A DNA stretch of 64,000 bases from Felis catus (taxonomy: Eukaryota). How positions within the stretch are numbered: position 1 is the stretch's first letter; each line of letters begins with the position of its first letter. Of the stretch, positions 1-13,560 are shown in pieces. The stretch covers positions 29,948,001 to 30,012,000 of the forward strand of contig NC_058368.1 in NCBI RefSeq assembly GCF_018350175.1, written 5' to 3'. Below the pieces are notes generated by a model that saw only the letters and a program-made list of their open reading frames with translations, ran no database searches and was not told the origin of the DNA. The position numbers were made by a program, and so were the translations under genes.

Positions 1-298
1 TTTTCATATCTGACATATCTTAGTTTTCATAGATAAAATCTCCTAGGATCTTTTCTTCAGCTATTTAAGTATGTCTCCCCAAATGTGGGTCTTCCCCCCA
101 AATGTGGCAAACTTGTAAGGTCACAGATGCATGAAAATATTTTTTATTACCTCGTCAGAGCTACATAATGAGTTGGCTGTATATTTTAAATTATAGTTTC
201 AAAATTCTTTCACTGAAATTCTTCAAAATATTATTCCATCATTTTCTTGGATCCTGTATTATGGTTGAGATACCTGATGTCAATTTGATGCCTCTTTC

Positions 299-1290
299 TT
301 TTTTCCCCAGCTTTATTAATATATAGTTGATACGCAACATTGTGTAAGTTTAAGGTGTACAATGTGTTGATTTGGTGCACTTATATATTACAGTATTATT
401 ATCACCATAGTGTCGGCTAACACAGGCATCACGTCACATAATAACTATTCTTTTTTTGCCGTGAGAACATTTAAGATCTATACTCTTAGCAATTTTTAAG
501 TATATAATACAGTATTATTACTGTAATCACCATGCTGCACACTAGATCCCCAGAACGTATCCATCTTATAACTGGAAGTTTGTACCATTTACTGACATTT
601 CCCTCCTCCACGCCTCCCCCACCCCTGCCCCCAGGCTTTGGTAGCCACCATCCTACTCTCTCTTTCTATGAGTTTGGTATTTTTAGATTCCATGTGTAAG
701 TGATATCATACAGTATTTGTATTTCTCTGCATGATTTATTTAACTTAGTATGATGCCCTCAAAACCCCCCTGTGTGGGACCACATAGGGAATCCACAGCA
801 GGATTTCCTTTTCTGTCATGGCTGAATTATATTTCATTATATATTATATAACACATCTTCTTTATCCATTCATCTGTTGATGGACACTTAGGTTCTTTCC
901 CTATCTTGGCTATTGGGAATAATGTTGCAATAAACATGGGAGTGCAGATGTCTTCCAGATCCTGTTATTATTTCCTTTGGATAAATGCCGAGAAGTGGGA
1001 TTCCTGGATCATATGGTAGTTTGACTTCTAATTTTTTGAGGAACCTCCACACTGTTTTCCTTAGTGTCTGGACTAATTTACATTCCCATCAAGAGTGCAT
1101 GAAGGTTCCCTTTTCTCCACGTCCTCTCTAACACTTGTCATTTCTTTTGAATGGTAGCCATTTTCTCAGGTCATGATCTTATGGTTCATGAGTTCAAGCC
1201 CCTCCCTCGTCAGTCTTGCTGAGGACTCAGAGCCTGAAACCTGCTTCGGATTCTGTGTCTCTCCCTTTCTCTGCCCCTCCCCTGCTCGCA

Positions 1291-1325
<35 letters not shown>

Positions 1326-1410
1326 AAAAATAAATAAACATTAAAAATAAAAAATTGCTTTGAATGGTAGCCATTTTAATAAGTATGAGGTGATAGCTCA
1401 TTGTGCTTGA
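299..1410 (-). mobile_element. L1 3' end/3'UTR (L1MA9/L1_Carn-like), interrupted by a SINE
   Basis: Typical antisense L1 3' sequence (GTGAGAACATTTAAGATCTA...AGATCCCCAGAAC...TGATGGACACTTAGGTT...TTTTTGAGGAACCTCCACACTGTTTTCC). Confidence 0.85.
1165..1358 (+). mobile_element. 5'-truncated CAN-SINE inside L1, with TSD
   Basis: SINE body, CT tract and AATAAA tail, flanked by TTTGAATGGTAGCCATTTT at 1146-1164 and 1359-1377. Confidence 0.9.
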
Positions 1411-1494
1411 TTCTTGTTTTTCTTAGAGGTGATTTTTTCTCCCCACCTCTGGAATCTTGTAGAATCTTCTTTTTATTTTTAATGCTCCTTAAAT

Positions 1495-1515
1495 TTTTAA
1501 AAATATTTATTTATT

Positions 1516-1571
<56 letters not shown>

Positions 1572-1738
1572 TGCACGTGATATCATACGTGCAGAGTGGA
1601 GGAGACAGAATCCAAAGCAGGCTCCGTGCTGTGAGTGCAGAACCCACTGTGGGGCTTGAACTCATGAACTGTGAGATCATGACCTGAGCCAAAATCAAGA
1701 GTTGACTGCTTAACTGACTGAGCTACCCAGATGTCCCT
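1495..1738 (-). mobile_element. CAN-SINE with expanded (GA)n
   Basis: TTTATTTATTTTTGAGAGA...GAGATCATGACCTGAGCC...TTAACTGACTGAGCTACCCAG. Confidence 0.9.
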
Positions 1739-1856
1739 TATTGTTAATATTCTTAAATTTCTCTAAAGTGTGAATTTTTTCTTATTTCTCCTTTTGGTTG
1801 CTCTATGAGTTCTTTCAATTTGAGTTATCTGGGGGGACATTTGTCTCCATTATTCT

Positions 1857-2081
1857 GTTTTTTGTTTAATTAAAAAAATTTCCTTAAATGTTCATTTATT
1901 TTTGAGAGACAGAATGTGAGCAGAGGAGGGGCAGAGAGAGACACACACACAGAATCCTAAGTAGGCTCCAGGCTTTGAACTGTCAGCATAGAGCCCGAAG
2001 CAGGGCTCGAACCCACAGACCATGAGATCATGACCTGAGCCGAAGTCGGGTGCTCAACCCATTGAGTCACCTGGGTGCCCC
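1857..2081 (-). mobile_element. CAN-SINE (SINEC_Fc type)
   Basis: SINE body with TSD TGTCTCCAT(T/C)ATTCT at 1842-1856 and 2082-2096. Confidence 0.92.
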
Positions 2082-3539
2082 TGTCTCCATCATTCTTATG
2101 ATGTTTTCTCTTTTTCATTTGGATTCTTCATTTTTGTAATTCCTATTACCTATATACTGGTTCCTCTACTTCTGCCCTTCACATCTTTTAGTTTTTGTCT
2201 TATATGTTTGTATCTCTGTGTCTTGACTGTTGCCTCCTCAAAAGTTCCTCAATATGAATTTCCAGTTTATATGTTCACAGTTCCTTCTTTTTTAGTTCTA
2301 TCAGGTCTATTTTTATTTCATTATCTTGTTCGCTATTTCAATTTTCATATTTTTACGTATAATATTTCCTCTTTTAAAGGTGGATTCTTATTCTTATTTC
2401 AAGTGGCTAATATCTTCCTTTATCTCCTTAATATATTCATTGAGCTTCTCTCAAATTATATCTCATAATTCTGCTTCAGATGGTATATATAGTCTAGCTC
2501 ATTGAATTTTTTTGGAGGTGGTTGCACTCTTCGAGGGTCCAGAAGGGTGCATTGAAAAGGGGGCTGAAGGCCAGACTCCAATCTGTCATGTCTTTGAATT
2601 GAAAAAGAGAGGAGGGGCCAGCCTGTGAGGAAGGTCCAAGCTCCACAAGTCACTGATGACTGCCCCTGCTTTGCTGCCACGGTGCCAGGGAGCAACTGTG
2701 ATTACAGTTTCACTTCCAACCTTTAGGGAAACACCACACGGAAAAAGGTAATCCTCGCAGGTTGTTATCTGCCAGCTCTGGGGCTTTGGAAGGCAAATTG
2801 TAGAAGAATTAAGGCTAAGGGTAGATGGTCAGCTAATGGTTATTTTCCTCAACTACTCACTTTAGCAGAGCATATATGCACTTCCCTTATTTTCCCTCTT
2901 GGACGACTGAACTTGCAGTGTGGGCTGTTTCCGTTGATTTCTACAGAGAAGAGACAATCAAAGAATACATCAAGGCAGTTATGGAAAAGAGGCAAGAGTA
3001 GAATTTTAAAATCTTCCCACCAATCTATACTTCTATCTCTGCCTTCTCCCAACCACAGGCTACACCACTTACCTTCCCACCTATCCTCTGATACCAATTC
3101 AAGTCATACTTCCATCTTTCCAGAATTTTCTCTCAATTTTTGGTTAGTTTCTGAAATCCTCTTCCCCCTCTTGCTTCTGTAATTTCTTTGCAACTGTTTT
3201 GGGTGGAGGGAGCCAGCAGCACATTCTATTTGACATCCTGGCTGATGATTCGTATTCATTGTACTGGACATTATTTGGATATATTTCCATAGCCTTCTTT
3301 TATGCTTTCAATGATGGTTTTTTCTATATCCTTCTTTTCTTCCCCCCACCCCCCACCCCTCATTCTGTCTTTGGGTTGAGCAATTAAACATTTGTTTTAC
3401 CCTGCCCCTCTTTATTATCTGGAAATTAGACATTCTACCTATATTCCCTTATTGATTTAGTAACTAGAGTCAATTTTGACTGAGTGACAAAACCTTAAAT
3501 GGATAGAAATGGCTTTTAAAAAGTCCAGATAGAATGTTA

Positions 3540-5035
3540 ATGGATTGGATAAATAAATAGTATAAAGATATTTTCTGCAAATTGACCTACTGACTCAGTG
3601 AAATCTCAATCCATTGCTCAGCAGATGCTTATGATAAAATTGTCAAGATGAATCCATGATTTTTATGGAAATACAAAAGATCTAACAAAACAATCCTGAA
3701 AAATAAAAATAAACTTGGAGGATTTACACAGATGATTTTAAGACATTATACAACTATAATAATCAAGAAAGTTTAGTAGTTATGTAAGGATAATATTATA
3801 CTGATGTAAGGATAGACAGATCAATGGAATAGAACAGAAGCCAAAAACAGACCCACATATATATGGTCAACTGATTTTTAATAAATACCCTGATGCAATT
3901 CAATGGGAGGAAGGTAAGTGTTTTAAGTGGTGTTGGAATGACTGGATATTTGTATGAAAAAAATGCACCTTAACCCCCTCTTCACATCATCCACAAAAAC
4001 TAATTCATGATGGATTACAAACTTAAAATTTTAAAAATCATAAAGCTTCCAGAAGAAAACAGGAGAATATCTTTGTGAACTTGAAGTAGGCAAAGAGTTC
4101 TTGATAGGGCACAAAAATACACTGATTTTGACCTCACCAAAATTAAAAATTTCTATTCATTAGACAGCCTTTATTTGGAAAAATACTCATATTTAGAATA
4201 TACAAAGAACTATTACTAATCAACAATAGAAAGAGAAACAAATCAATAAAAATGGACAAAATTCTTAAGTAGCCATTTCTTGAATGAAGATCTATTAATA
4301 GCTAATAAGCACATAATATCATTAGTGATCAAGGAAATGAAAATTAAAACCCCACTAGAGTGGCAAAAAAATTTTAAAGGAGAGAATATCAAGTGTTGGA
4401 GCATCTGAAATTCTCATGCATTGCTGGGAACACTGTAATGAGGTAATCTCTTTCAAAAACTGACAGTCACATATTCATAAACTTACACTTACTATGCGAC
4501 CCAAGAAATTTCATTTCTATGTATTTACCCAAAAGAAAATGTGCATCCCCAGGAATCTTATATATGATTGTTCATAGTAGCCTTGTTACAATAATCCCAA
4601 ATTAGAATGGATCAGCAGAAGAATAGCAATTCAAATGTCCATCAATAGGAGAATAGATAAATAAGTTATTTGTGTATTCATATAATGTGATACTACTCGA
4701 CAATAAAAAGGATACTTTATTGATATACAACGTGGATGAATTTCAAAAACATTACGTTGAGCAAAAGACTCTAAACACAAAAGAAGAGTTCACATAATTC
4801 CATTTATATGAAGTTTCAGGAAAGGGCAAAACTAATCTAGAGTTATAAGAATCAGAAGAGTGGTTGCCTCAGGAGGAGGGAAATTGAGAAGGGGAACAAG
4901 GGAACTTTCTGCAGGGAGGGAAATAGTCTATATCTTGTTTGGCTGTTGGTTATGTGGTTGTACATGGGTGTCACAGTTCATTGTACTAAACATTTAAGAT
5001 GTATGCATTTTATTGTGTATAAATCATACCTTAAT
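3540..5035 (+). mobile_element. Old L1 (L1MB/MC/ME class): ORF2 C-terminal relic and 3'UTR
   Basis: A-rich degenerate ORF2 sequence (ACAGATCAATGGAATAGAACAG...ATATATGGTCAACTGATTTT; AAATGTCCATCAATAGGAGAATAGATAAA), ending in TGCATTTTATTGTGTATAAATCATACC. Confidence 0.8.
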
Positions 5036-5289
5036 CCCACTCACTCACAATACATTGAGAAGTAAAGAGTCCAAGTATATGCTCAGAGAATGAAGTTTTG
5101 TAAGATACCAGGGACCCAGACTCTCTGTTTTTTTTCCTTCACCATGCAGCAACATAGTTTGTTTCTATGTAATATATATAACATGTGTTTGGAGTTAACC
5201 ATATATTTAGTATTTTTTTTCCTCATCATATTTTTCTTCCATCTAATATATTTCATTCAAGATAATTTGTTTTCCCTGACTGCAGTACC

Positions 5290-6420
5290 TTAAGATTGTT
5301 TTTACTGAGAGTCTGAAAATTTCACCTCTATCTTGAAAGATATTTTTGCTGGATATATAATCCTAGATTGCTTGTTATTTCCATTCAAGTGCATTTCTGT
5401 ATCTTCCTGTTGTCTTCTGGCTGCCATTGAGAAGTCAGCTTCTCTGTCTCATAGTTGTTCCTTTGTAGACAACACAGCTCTTCTCTCATCTCTGTTTTTT
5501 GGTGTTCTTCAATCTCACTATGATGTGTCCAGGTGTGGATTCTCTTTTTAAAGTTTATTTATTTATTTTGAGATGAGGGACAGGGCAGAGAGAGGGAGAG
5601 ACAGAATCCCAAGCAGGCTCAGTGCTGTCAGCACAGAGCCCCACGTGAGGCTTGAACCCATGAATGGTGAGATCGTAACCTGAGCTGAGACCAAGAATTG
5701 GACCCTCAACTGACTGAGCCACCCAAGAGCCCTTGGATTTTTTTTAACTTAACCTGCTGCTTGAGATTCCTTATATATCCTGAATGTTAGGCTAATGTCT
5801 TTCATGAACTCTGGAAAATTCCTAGCTATTTTTTTCTTGAGTATTTTCTGCTCCTCATTCATTCTCTTTTCTTCTGCAACTCTGATTGGATGTACAACAG
5901 ACCCCCTTCACTCTTCTCTGGCTTTTAATGTCACTTATGCATTTTCCAACTTTTTTGTCTCTCTGTGCTGAAATTCAGATAATTTCTGAAGATCTCCTCA
6001 TTATTAGTTATGTTATTAGCTATTTCTAATCTGCTGGTAAAACTATCTGCTGAGTTTTAATTTCAAATACAATTTTCATTTCTAAGAGTTCTATGTGCAT
6101 TTTTTTCCAGATAAGTTTGATCACTTAATTTCTTCTCCCTTTTATATAGATTTTCAATCTCTCTTTTATTTTTTTAAACATGTATTTTTGTTTTGTAGTC
6201 TGTGTCTGATTATTCTAGCATTTCAAGTTTTTCCATGACTGATTCTGTCTAATATTTGTTTCTGTAGGCTCTTGCTCAGAGTGCCTTATTTCCTTGGGTA
6301 TTTTGTGATTTGTTGTTGTTGTTGTTATGATATCTGATTTCTTGGAACTTTGTCAGTTGGAATTCTTTAAGGCCAGAGTCAAGGATGGGTTATTCCAGAG
6401 AGTCCTTGGTTTGTTTTTAT
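5290..6420 (-). mobile_element. Very old L1/HAL1 ORF1-region relic, interrupted by a SINE
   Basis: T-rich antisense L1-like text (TTGAAAGATATTTTTGCTGGATATATAATCCTAG...GAGAAGTCAGCT; TTCATGAACTCTGGAAAATTCCTAGCTATT). Similar text at 1-298 and 1740-2480. Confidence 0.6.
5545..5733 (-). mobile_element. CAN-SINE
   Basis: AAGTTTATTTATTTATTTTGAG...GAATCCCAAGCAGGCTC...AACTGACTGAGCCACCCA. Confidence 0.9.
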
Positions 6421-6453
6421 CAGGTATACCTAAGACCTACCTAAGACCACTTT

Positions 6454-6681
6454 ATTATTTTTAAAAATTTTTAATGTTTATTTATTTTTGAGAGAGAGAG
6501 AGAGAGAGAGAGTGAGTGGGGGAAGAGCAGAGAGGGAGGGAGGCCAGAATTTGAAGCAGGCTTCAGGCTCTGAGCTGTCAGTTCTGTGGATGCGGAGCTC
6601 GAACTCAAGAACTCAAGAACCGCAAAATCATCACCTGAGCTGAAATCACACGCTTAACCGACTGAGCCACCCAGGGGCCCC
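6454..6681 (-). mobile_element. CAN-SINE
   Basis: SINE body with TSD TACCTAAG(A/G)CCACTTT on both sides. Confidence 0.9.
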
Positions 6682-9600
6682 TACCTAAGGCCACTTTAAA
6701 CTAAAGTCTTGGCTTAAGGCCCAGAGAACTTGAACCAAAAAGCTGTGTGAGGGTCAATTGCTGGTTACAAATTCTCAAGAGACATTTCTTTCCTCTTTAC
6801 TTTATGTCAAGGTTTAAGACAGGCCAATTCCTCTGCTGTCTCCTAAGTGGGGGATGTGATTGTACTTCGAATCCATTCGTACATGGAGAGTATAGCCCTT
6901 TGGGGTTCCAGCTTTGTAAGTGGGGACTCACATTAGATTCTTTACAAGTGGAGAGGTCTGAAGGTCCTTATCTCCTGTGCCCTTTGATTGCCATGGCCAT
7001 GAAAACTGAATCTTGACTTCACCAGATTAGGCAAATGTCCCCAGGTAGAAGCTGCCTGCGTGCTCCATTGACTTCCTGGGTTCCATCTTCAGTTAGTTTT
7101 TGGCATCTGAAGACTTATGACTTTCTTGCCAGTTTATCCTCACACTTACACAGATTTAAGAAAATACATACCTGGCATCTTTAGTTATTTTCGCCAGAAA
7201 GATTGACCGAGGTAGCTAGTTCGTCAACACGAGCCCTATATTTGATCTCATTCTTATAAAATGTCTGTTTTATGTATAAGTTAAAAAATGCACATGATAT
7301 ATTAACATAGTTGTATTTAGTTTTGATTTACACATGAATAAATAAACGTAAACTTACCAGGAGTGGGTGCTCAGAGCATCTATGGCTAGGGTATGCAATA
7401 AAAAAGCTTGGGGAACTCATCTTCGAGCCACAACATGGACCATTCCCTTCTTCTCAGTGCCTGGGGAGATGACCACAGCAGAAGGGAGGTTGGCAAGGCC
7501 TTCAATGTCTTGGGCATCTCCAGGCTTTTGTCTTGCTTTCCGATGATAGGGCAGAGTCTAGGAAAAGTGTGCCAAGATGACTGGTTATTTTTTATTTCCT
7601 CCCAGAGTCATGAAAGCTTCCTAGGGAGGCATGTCCACCTCTCCACCGAGATGGTGTCTGGTTTGCGCACATCGTCCTGTGGTACACATGGGCCTGCGGT
7701 GCTGACTACGGATGACCTGGACACTGGCTTGCTAGGTAAAGCCAGCAGCTCAGGCAGCTGTGGGCCCCCCACCCCCCTCCCTCCCTCCTCCATTGCGCTG
7801 CCTCTGGATGGTCTTACTTGAGACAAACCTCTTTCACTCTAAAAAAGGTTTTTATATTGGAGATGATGGTTTTGACGGAGCAATACTTGCTTTCTCTTGA
7901 CTGATAGGACCTTGGCAGAGAAAGTCCATTTTGCCAGTTGCTGGCTAATGTCCTGGCTGGGAAGAGCAATAACTTCATTAATGAATTATCTCCTACTTAC
8001 AAGACAAATTCGACTCATTTGTTTCCTTAAAGAGATGGTGTCATTGATTAAAGATGGCCATTAGTGACCACGAATAAATGTATCTGTTCACCCTTCAAAG
8101 ATGTTTGACGTTTGCATTTTATGCTAGGAAGCAAAACAGACAGTTCTTTGGCTAACCTGTATGTCTCTAGGTTACCTTAAAGGCTGTGTCAGAGCTCTAA
8201 ATAAGAACGATCAAAGAAGAAATTATTTCAATTTCCCCTGAGTTAAATGAATAGGTCTAGAGATGTCCATTTGTAACCGTTATATTGGGAGCAGTGCTAA
8301 CTTTTGGCTAAATTACATGCAGAATCTCCCGGCAGTGATCATGTGATTAGGGTACAATTCGCAAGCATGGTCCTATCCCAGATAATGAGTCTGACTATAA
8401 CAAAGTACTTAGCAAAAGCTTCAAAGCCAAAATGGAATATATCACACCAATTTTGGAACCTAAAACCAAAGTCAAATGCTAATTTTTACAAAAAGGCATC
8501 AAAGTTTCATTTTTTTAAAGTCGACTGAACTAGGTTAGATTGAAATTCAAGCCTATGTATTATTAAAATAATTGAATTGGGATATCAAAATATCAGACTG
8601 AACTCGAAACACAACTCCATACGTCCTCGATGCTAGATAACAGGTCCCTTCTTTAGAAGCTAAATTGGACTTTTTTTGAGAGGGAATGGCAGTTACTCTA
8701 GCAGACAACAAAGTGATAGGACTCACAGGATTAGCCGTCAGGGGGAAGGTACAGATGTGCCAAGAATGACAAGGTGCTCCCTGGCCTCCTGAGGTGAGTA
8801 GGAGTTGTCAGCTCTCCTGTAGCACAGCATGTACGTGTCCACTGGATCTTTCTACAAGGTACCTTTGGCTGAACTGAGGTTTGGTCATTGCAGCCAGGTC
8901 AGGACTGACCATATGGGGGGGCTGACTGTTCATAGGCCGCTTATTTGTGGGTGGGGGGGGGTGGGTGGGCATAGAGTTACATCCTGCTAGACGTGCTTTT
9001 CATGAATGGATGAGAAAACATTTGCAAATGACACGGTTCCAGAACCCCCACCAGCTGTGCTGTCTTTTCAGGGTGAGCCTGATTGCTTTTGGCTCTACCC
9101 GGTGCAGTGTTTTCCATTAAGTCAGTCTTTCCTCTGTGGGGGTATTTATTATGTGCCATTTTGAAAATAAAAGGGACGCGGAGCAATCATCCAGCAAAAC
9201 CATAAAACATTTTATTATCCGAGACGGTGAGGGGACAGGTTTGACATACAACACTGGGAGCCGCGATGGCCGAACAATGTGGTACTAAAGCGTGATTTAA
9301 TGAGGCTTGGAGGATTTAGTTCAGTCAGAAAAGTTCCACTCTGTCTTGGGCATAGGAGAAGCGAGCTGGCATGGGCACCTCACTGAGCAGCATCTCACCA
9401 GGGAGGCTTCAGCCAGCAGCCCCCATTTGTCCTGCTGTCCCAGACAGCCATTGTCAGGGAGACTTTAACGCTGAAAACTTCTGACTGATTTAGTGGACCC
9501 CAAACTTGGCACAGCTTCCTGGTGGCTTCCGTTTTACAAGGCCAGCAGTTAATCCAACAAAAGCCTGAATTCATTTCCCTCTATATCCATTGATTGCCAA

Positions 9601-10220
9601 CTGAGAGCTGGATGCTGTCAACTTGCTTTTAAAAAAAAATTCCATTTCACTGGAATTGAAGTCTTTTGCCCTCTGATAAATGGCAGTGTGCTGTCTTGGG
9701 CAACATTTTTGTTTTCCACTTTTCCAGAGGAAAAACTCATTAGCAGATGGTGGCTGGACATCAAGTCAATCATTGTCTTTGGATTTAATCATACACATCC
9801 TTCTGATCCAGCTGAACTAAACCTACCTGTGATACTTCATTATTGTGTTGGCACAACCTCAGCCACTGAGTTATGAACATAAGACATTCATGGACAAGTT
9901 CAAGCATCATTTTGTTATCTTCGCTGAAGTGGAGGGAGGTGCTTGCTGAATATTTATCGAGTAAGTATGGCGTGCTTGGTCCCCTGGGATTGAATGGAGC
10001 TGTGGAAGAGTTAAAAGCCTAGTCCCTGGCCTGAAGGGGCTGATGATCTAGAAGGTGGGATGTGGCATGCACATAAAGAGATAAACAACACTGCTTTATT
10101 ACGTGACCTACTGGCTTTTGTCGAGACAGCCTTGGTCTAGTCTAACATGGGAGTTCTCCACTGATAGCACAGTACAGAATGACCTGAGAAGCTTTCAAAA
10201 AAGATGAATGTTCAGGTACC

Positions 10221-10620
10221 GTCTTGGTTGGGGCAGTTATAACAAGAATATCATGGACTGGGGGCCTTAAACAACAATCATTTATTCCTTACAGTTTGGG
10301 AGGCTGAGAAGTCCATGCTCAAGGTGCTGGCAGATCTGTTACATTGTGAGAACCCACTTCTCAGTCTGCAGATGGGTATCTTCCCATTGTATCCTCACAT
10401 GACAGAGAATCGAGGGAGAGAGAGAGACAGAGACAGAGACAGAGACAGAGAGAAAGAGAAGTCTTCCGTTCCTTCCTATGAGGGTGCTGGTCTCATTCGT
10501 GAGGGCTCCGTCTTCGTGACCTGGTTACCTCCCGAAGACTGCACCTCCTAACACCATCATCCTGGGGATGTGATTTTAACATATGAATGTTAGGGGGACC
10601 TAAACATTCAGTCCATAACA
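10221..10620 (-). mobile_element. MaLR LTR (MLT1A0-like) nested in a MER5A-like hAT MITE (about 10150-10220 and 10621-10730)
   Basis: Ends AAACATTCAGTCCATAACA, the reverse complement of the MLT1A start. The flanks carry MER5A motifs (CCAGAGATCCTGATTCA...AAGCTCCCCAGGTGATTCTAATG...GAGAAC). Confidence 0.8.
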
Positions 10621-11579
10621 GGCCCTCGTACCAGAGATCCTGATTCAATGAGTCTGTGGAGAGTCTGGGCTTCGGTACTGAGAAAGCTCCCCAGGTGATT
10701 CTAATGTTCTGCTAGGGTGAGAACTGCTTGTCTAGGAGAGGGATGAGTAGGCATTTTTTTTTTAAATTAACATTTGGGTTCTACTCTGGATTTTGCCCCC
10801 CTTCAGATAAATAGGAGCTTTCTCTTCTCTACTCCAGTAGCTCCCTGTCCACATCTCAATGATAGCCTCACCACCTCCCTGTGATAATCTCTCCATCCCC
10901 CCTTGCTGCCCCTCTAGGGGTAGGGACAGAGTTCTAGTCATCCTTTACCTCACAGAGCTTGGCACAGAAGAGATGCTCCACAAACATTTGCTGGATGAGT
11001 GAAGGAATGATCTGGTTGACCTTGAACAAGATACATAAACTTTCTGCTTAGGAGTCTTTGTCTCCATCATAAAGATGGGGGAAGGAAGGAATGATGCTAT
11101 CATTCTCTGGGGCTATATTAGATGTGGATGCCTTCCTCTGATGACTTTGGAGCCCTTATAAAATAAAGGTGCAATACAAATTCTAGGCATTCTCATGGAC
11201 AATTGACCCTGGAGTAATACCTTTGTTCTCCCATTTTGTAGCAAGACATGAGTGAATTCTGATGACATTATGGCAGAGCTGATGCTGGTACAATGAGTCT
11301 ACTAATGTCTTCTAAACGAGATGGCTGACTTTTAAAGTAGTACAGAACACAGCCAGGGCCCAGAGTCTGAGAAAGAAATAAAAGCCCAAGAGGGTAGCCT
11401 CAAGACTTTGGTCATGACCGAGGGACAGGGGCTAGGGTTCAGGGGTCTCCCCACAGTCCTCTGTCCCAGGGCATGGTTGACCTCTAAGTGACTCTTTCGT
11501 TAAAATTCTCTTTTCAAACCCTGTTTGCAAATGCATTTATTTACTTGGAAAGGGAGTTGAGGTATAAGTAGGCTAGCAT

Positions 11580-11683
11580 TTTTTTTTTTAAGATTTTAAT
11601 TTTAAGTAATCTCTACACCCAACAAGGGGCTTAAGCTTACAACCCTGAGATCAAGAGTCCCATGCTCTTCTGAATGAACCTGG
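11580..11683 (-). mobile_element. Short older CAN-SINE lacking the CT tract
   Basis: TTTTAAGTAATCTCTACACCCAAC...ACAACCCTGAGATCAAGAGTC, with TSD AGGCTAG(C/T)ATTT. Confidence 0.8.
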
Positions 11684-13339
11684 AGGCTAGTATTTCTAAG
11701 AAAATGTTTAGGACACTAGTATTTCTAAGAGACCAGTGGTTAGAACTCATTTATGGTGACAAATTAAGTATCGATGTCTTTTTCTTTTCTATGAATTAGT
11801 TTAAATATGTTTACAAGTAACTCCCTCATTTTTTTCCTGTCCACAGTCTTCATTGTAATAAAAATTAGCACTCAATGCTCTAAGCCACGTATTCTAGATT
11901 ACCGGAAGGCTTCTGCTTCTCAGAAAACATTTAGGCTATTTAGGTGCTGTAAATTTTGTGTAAGCGTTTATGAAATCCAGGCTCATTTGTTTACTTGAGG
12001 TTTAGAGCCCAGGAAGAGCCTCCCGCAATGTCTTCATCCAACCTCTGCTTTCTGAAGCCGAGGCCAAGTGCTGACCTCCCTCCACCGTTGATGAGAAGGA
12101 GCAGACCTCCTGCCTTATATTTAATGAGCAGATTTTCTCCTTTGAGATCAAAATGCCTTTAAAATTTTTTTCGGGTGGGAAAACTAAGGCCCAAGGACAT
12201 CAAAGGTCGCCCTTTTTGTTGTTTTGTCTCTCTGAAGTGGGTCTTTTCCCAGGGTGCCTCTCGCCTATTTATTTTGGAAAAAACATGAGTTCTGACTGTC
12301 ATTAGGGAAAGTGGTATCATTTAAAGGTGAATTAAATATTCCCCTCTTCTAAACTGCTGTGGGGAGAGAACAAAGAAAGTGTCACATGATGCCAGTTAAC
12401 ACAAAGGTGCTTTTTTTTTTCCTAGTGTAAATGGTAACTGGGTAATAAGAAAGGCACTTTTGTCAAGACAGCGGGGCATAACCAGCGACAGTAATTTCAA
12501 GGACTTTGAGTGAGCTGTGTGGTTAGGCTCGGTTGTCAGTCCCCAAAGCATCAGGCTGGAGTCAGTTCCCAACATCATTGAGCTTCAACTTCTACCTTTA
12601 GAGCAGGGCGATTCTGCATGTCAAATCTGGAATCTAAATGAATGTGAAACTCTGTTGGAGAAACCTCAATTCCTCTTTGCAGCCACAGCTGGGCGGCCAC
12701 CAGAGAGTTTCAGGCTAGACATGTTTTTCCCCAACATCTGTCAGCTTAGCTAAATCAGAGCTCCAAATGAACAGTGTAATACCCAAGATCATTATCTGGA
12801 TTTGTGACACTCCCTCCCTGTTCTCCCTGGAGGATTTAGGATTCAAAATGAAAAACAACATTTGTAAGGGATCAGGAAAGGGAGGATTTTCATCTTTATT
12901 ATTATTACTACCAATAATACATTTTCATTAACATGGTTTTAATGGTATGAAACGAGAGAAATGAAACATGCCCCCTCCAAGTCAACACATTCCCCTGTGC
13001 CTTTTGCCTAAGGTACTGTATCCTAGACTCATTCAATCCAAGATAAGCCTATTAATTAAGCTTCCGTCTACAGGTGCGGTCTACACAGATATAATTTGCT
13101 CCTGTGAGCTAACTGAGAACTTGCAGATGGGTTCTGGGTTTTGCACTTTTTTCTTTTTTTTTTTTTTTACAACATGGAAAAGATGTGGTCTCTGCTCCAG
13201 GTAGAAGGAGAGAGTTAATCCACTAATCAAGTCAACAAATATTTATTGAGTGCCTACTTGATACTCAGCTAGGTGCTGGTGCTGTAAGGGATGCATGAGG
13301 AGAAAACTTACACCTTTAATGAGGAAACATGACTCACAT

Positions 13340-13560
13340 TACAAGCAGTGCGGCACTGTGGACAGAGCATAGTGTCTGGAATCAGGCAGACCTGGTTTGG
13401 AAATCCAGTTCCACAGCTTAAAAATGGCATGACCTTGAAAATTTTATTTCACATTGTAGGCACCTGGTTTCTTTTTATTAAAACAGGATATTAATACCTT
13501 GAAGATTGTTGTAAGCATTAGCAATAACTTTGTAAAGCACCTGTTCCATCAGAGACATTC
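13340..13560 (+). mobile_element. MIR
   Basis: AGAGCATAGTGTCTGGAATCAGGCAGACCTGGTTTG...TGACCTTG...TGTAAAGCAC. Further MIR relics lie near 17440-17800, 22010-22400, 27900-28100, 46500-46700, 49455-49615, 53430-53560, 58890-59070 and 61800-61995. Confidence 0.7.

Noticed and set aside
1146..1377. SINE apparently inverted relative to the TTTT/AA endonuclease site at the right end of its TSD
   Set aside because: An ordinary reading works: a TSD starting at GAATGG after TT, with the extra TTT match coming from a degenerate T-run in the SINE tail.
11687..11730. 15-nt direct repeat CTAGTATTTCTAAGA overlapping a STAT-like TTCTAAGAA
   Set aside because: Only two copies next to a SINE TSD; most simply a local micro-duplication, not an array.
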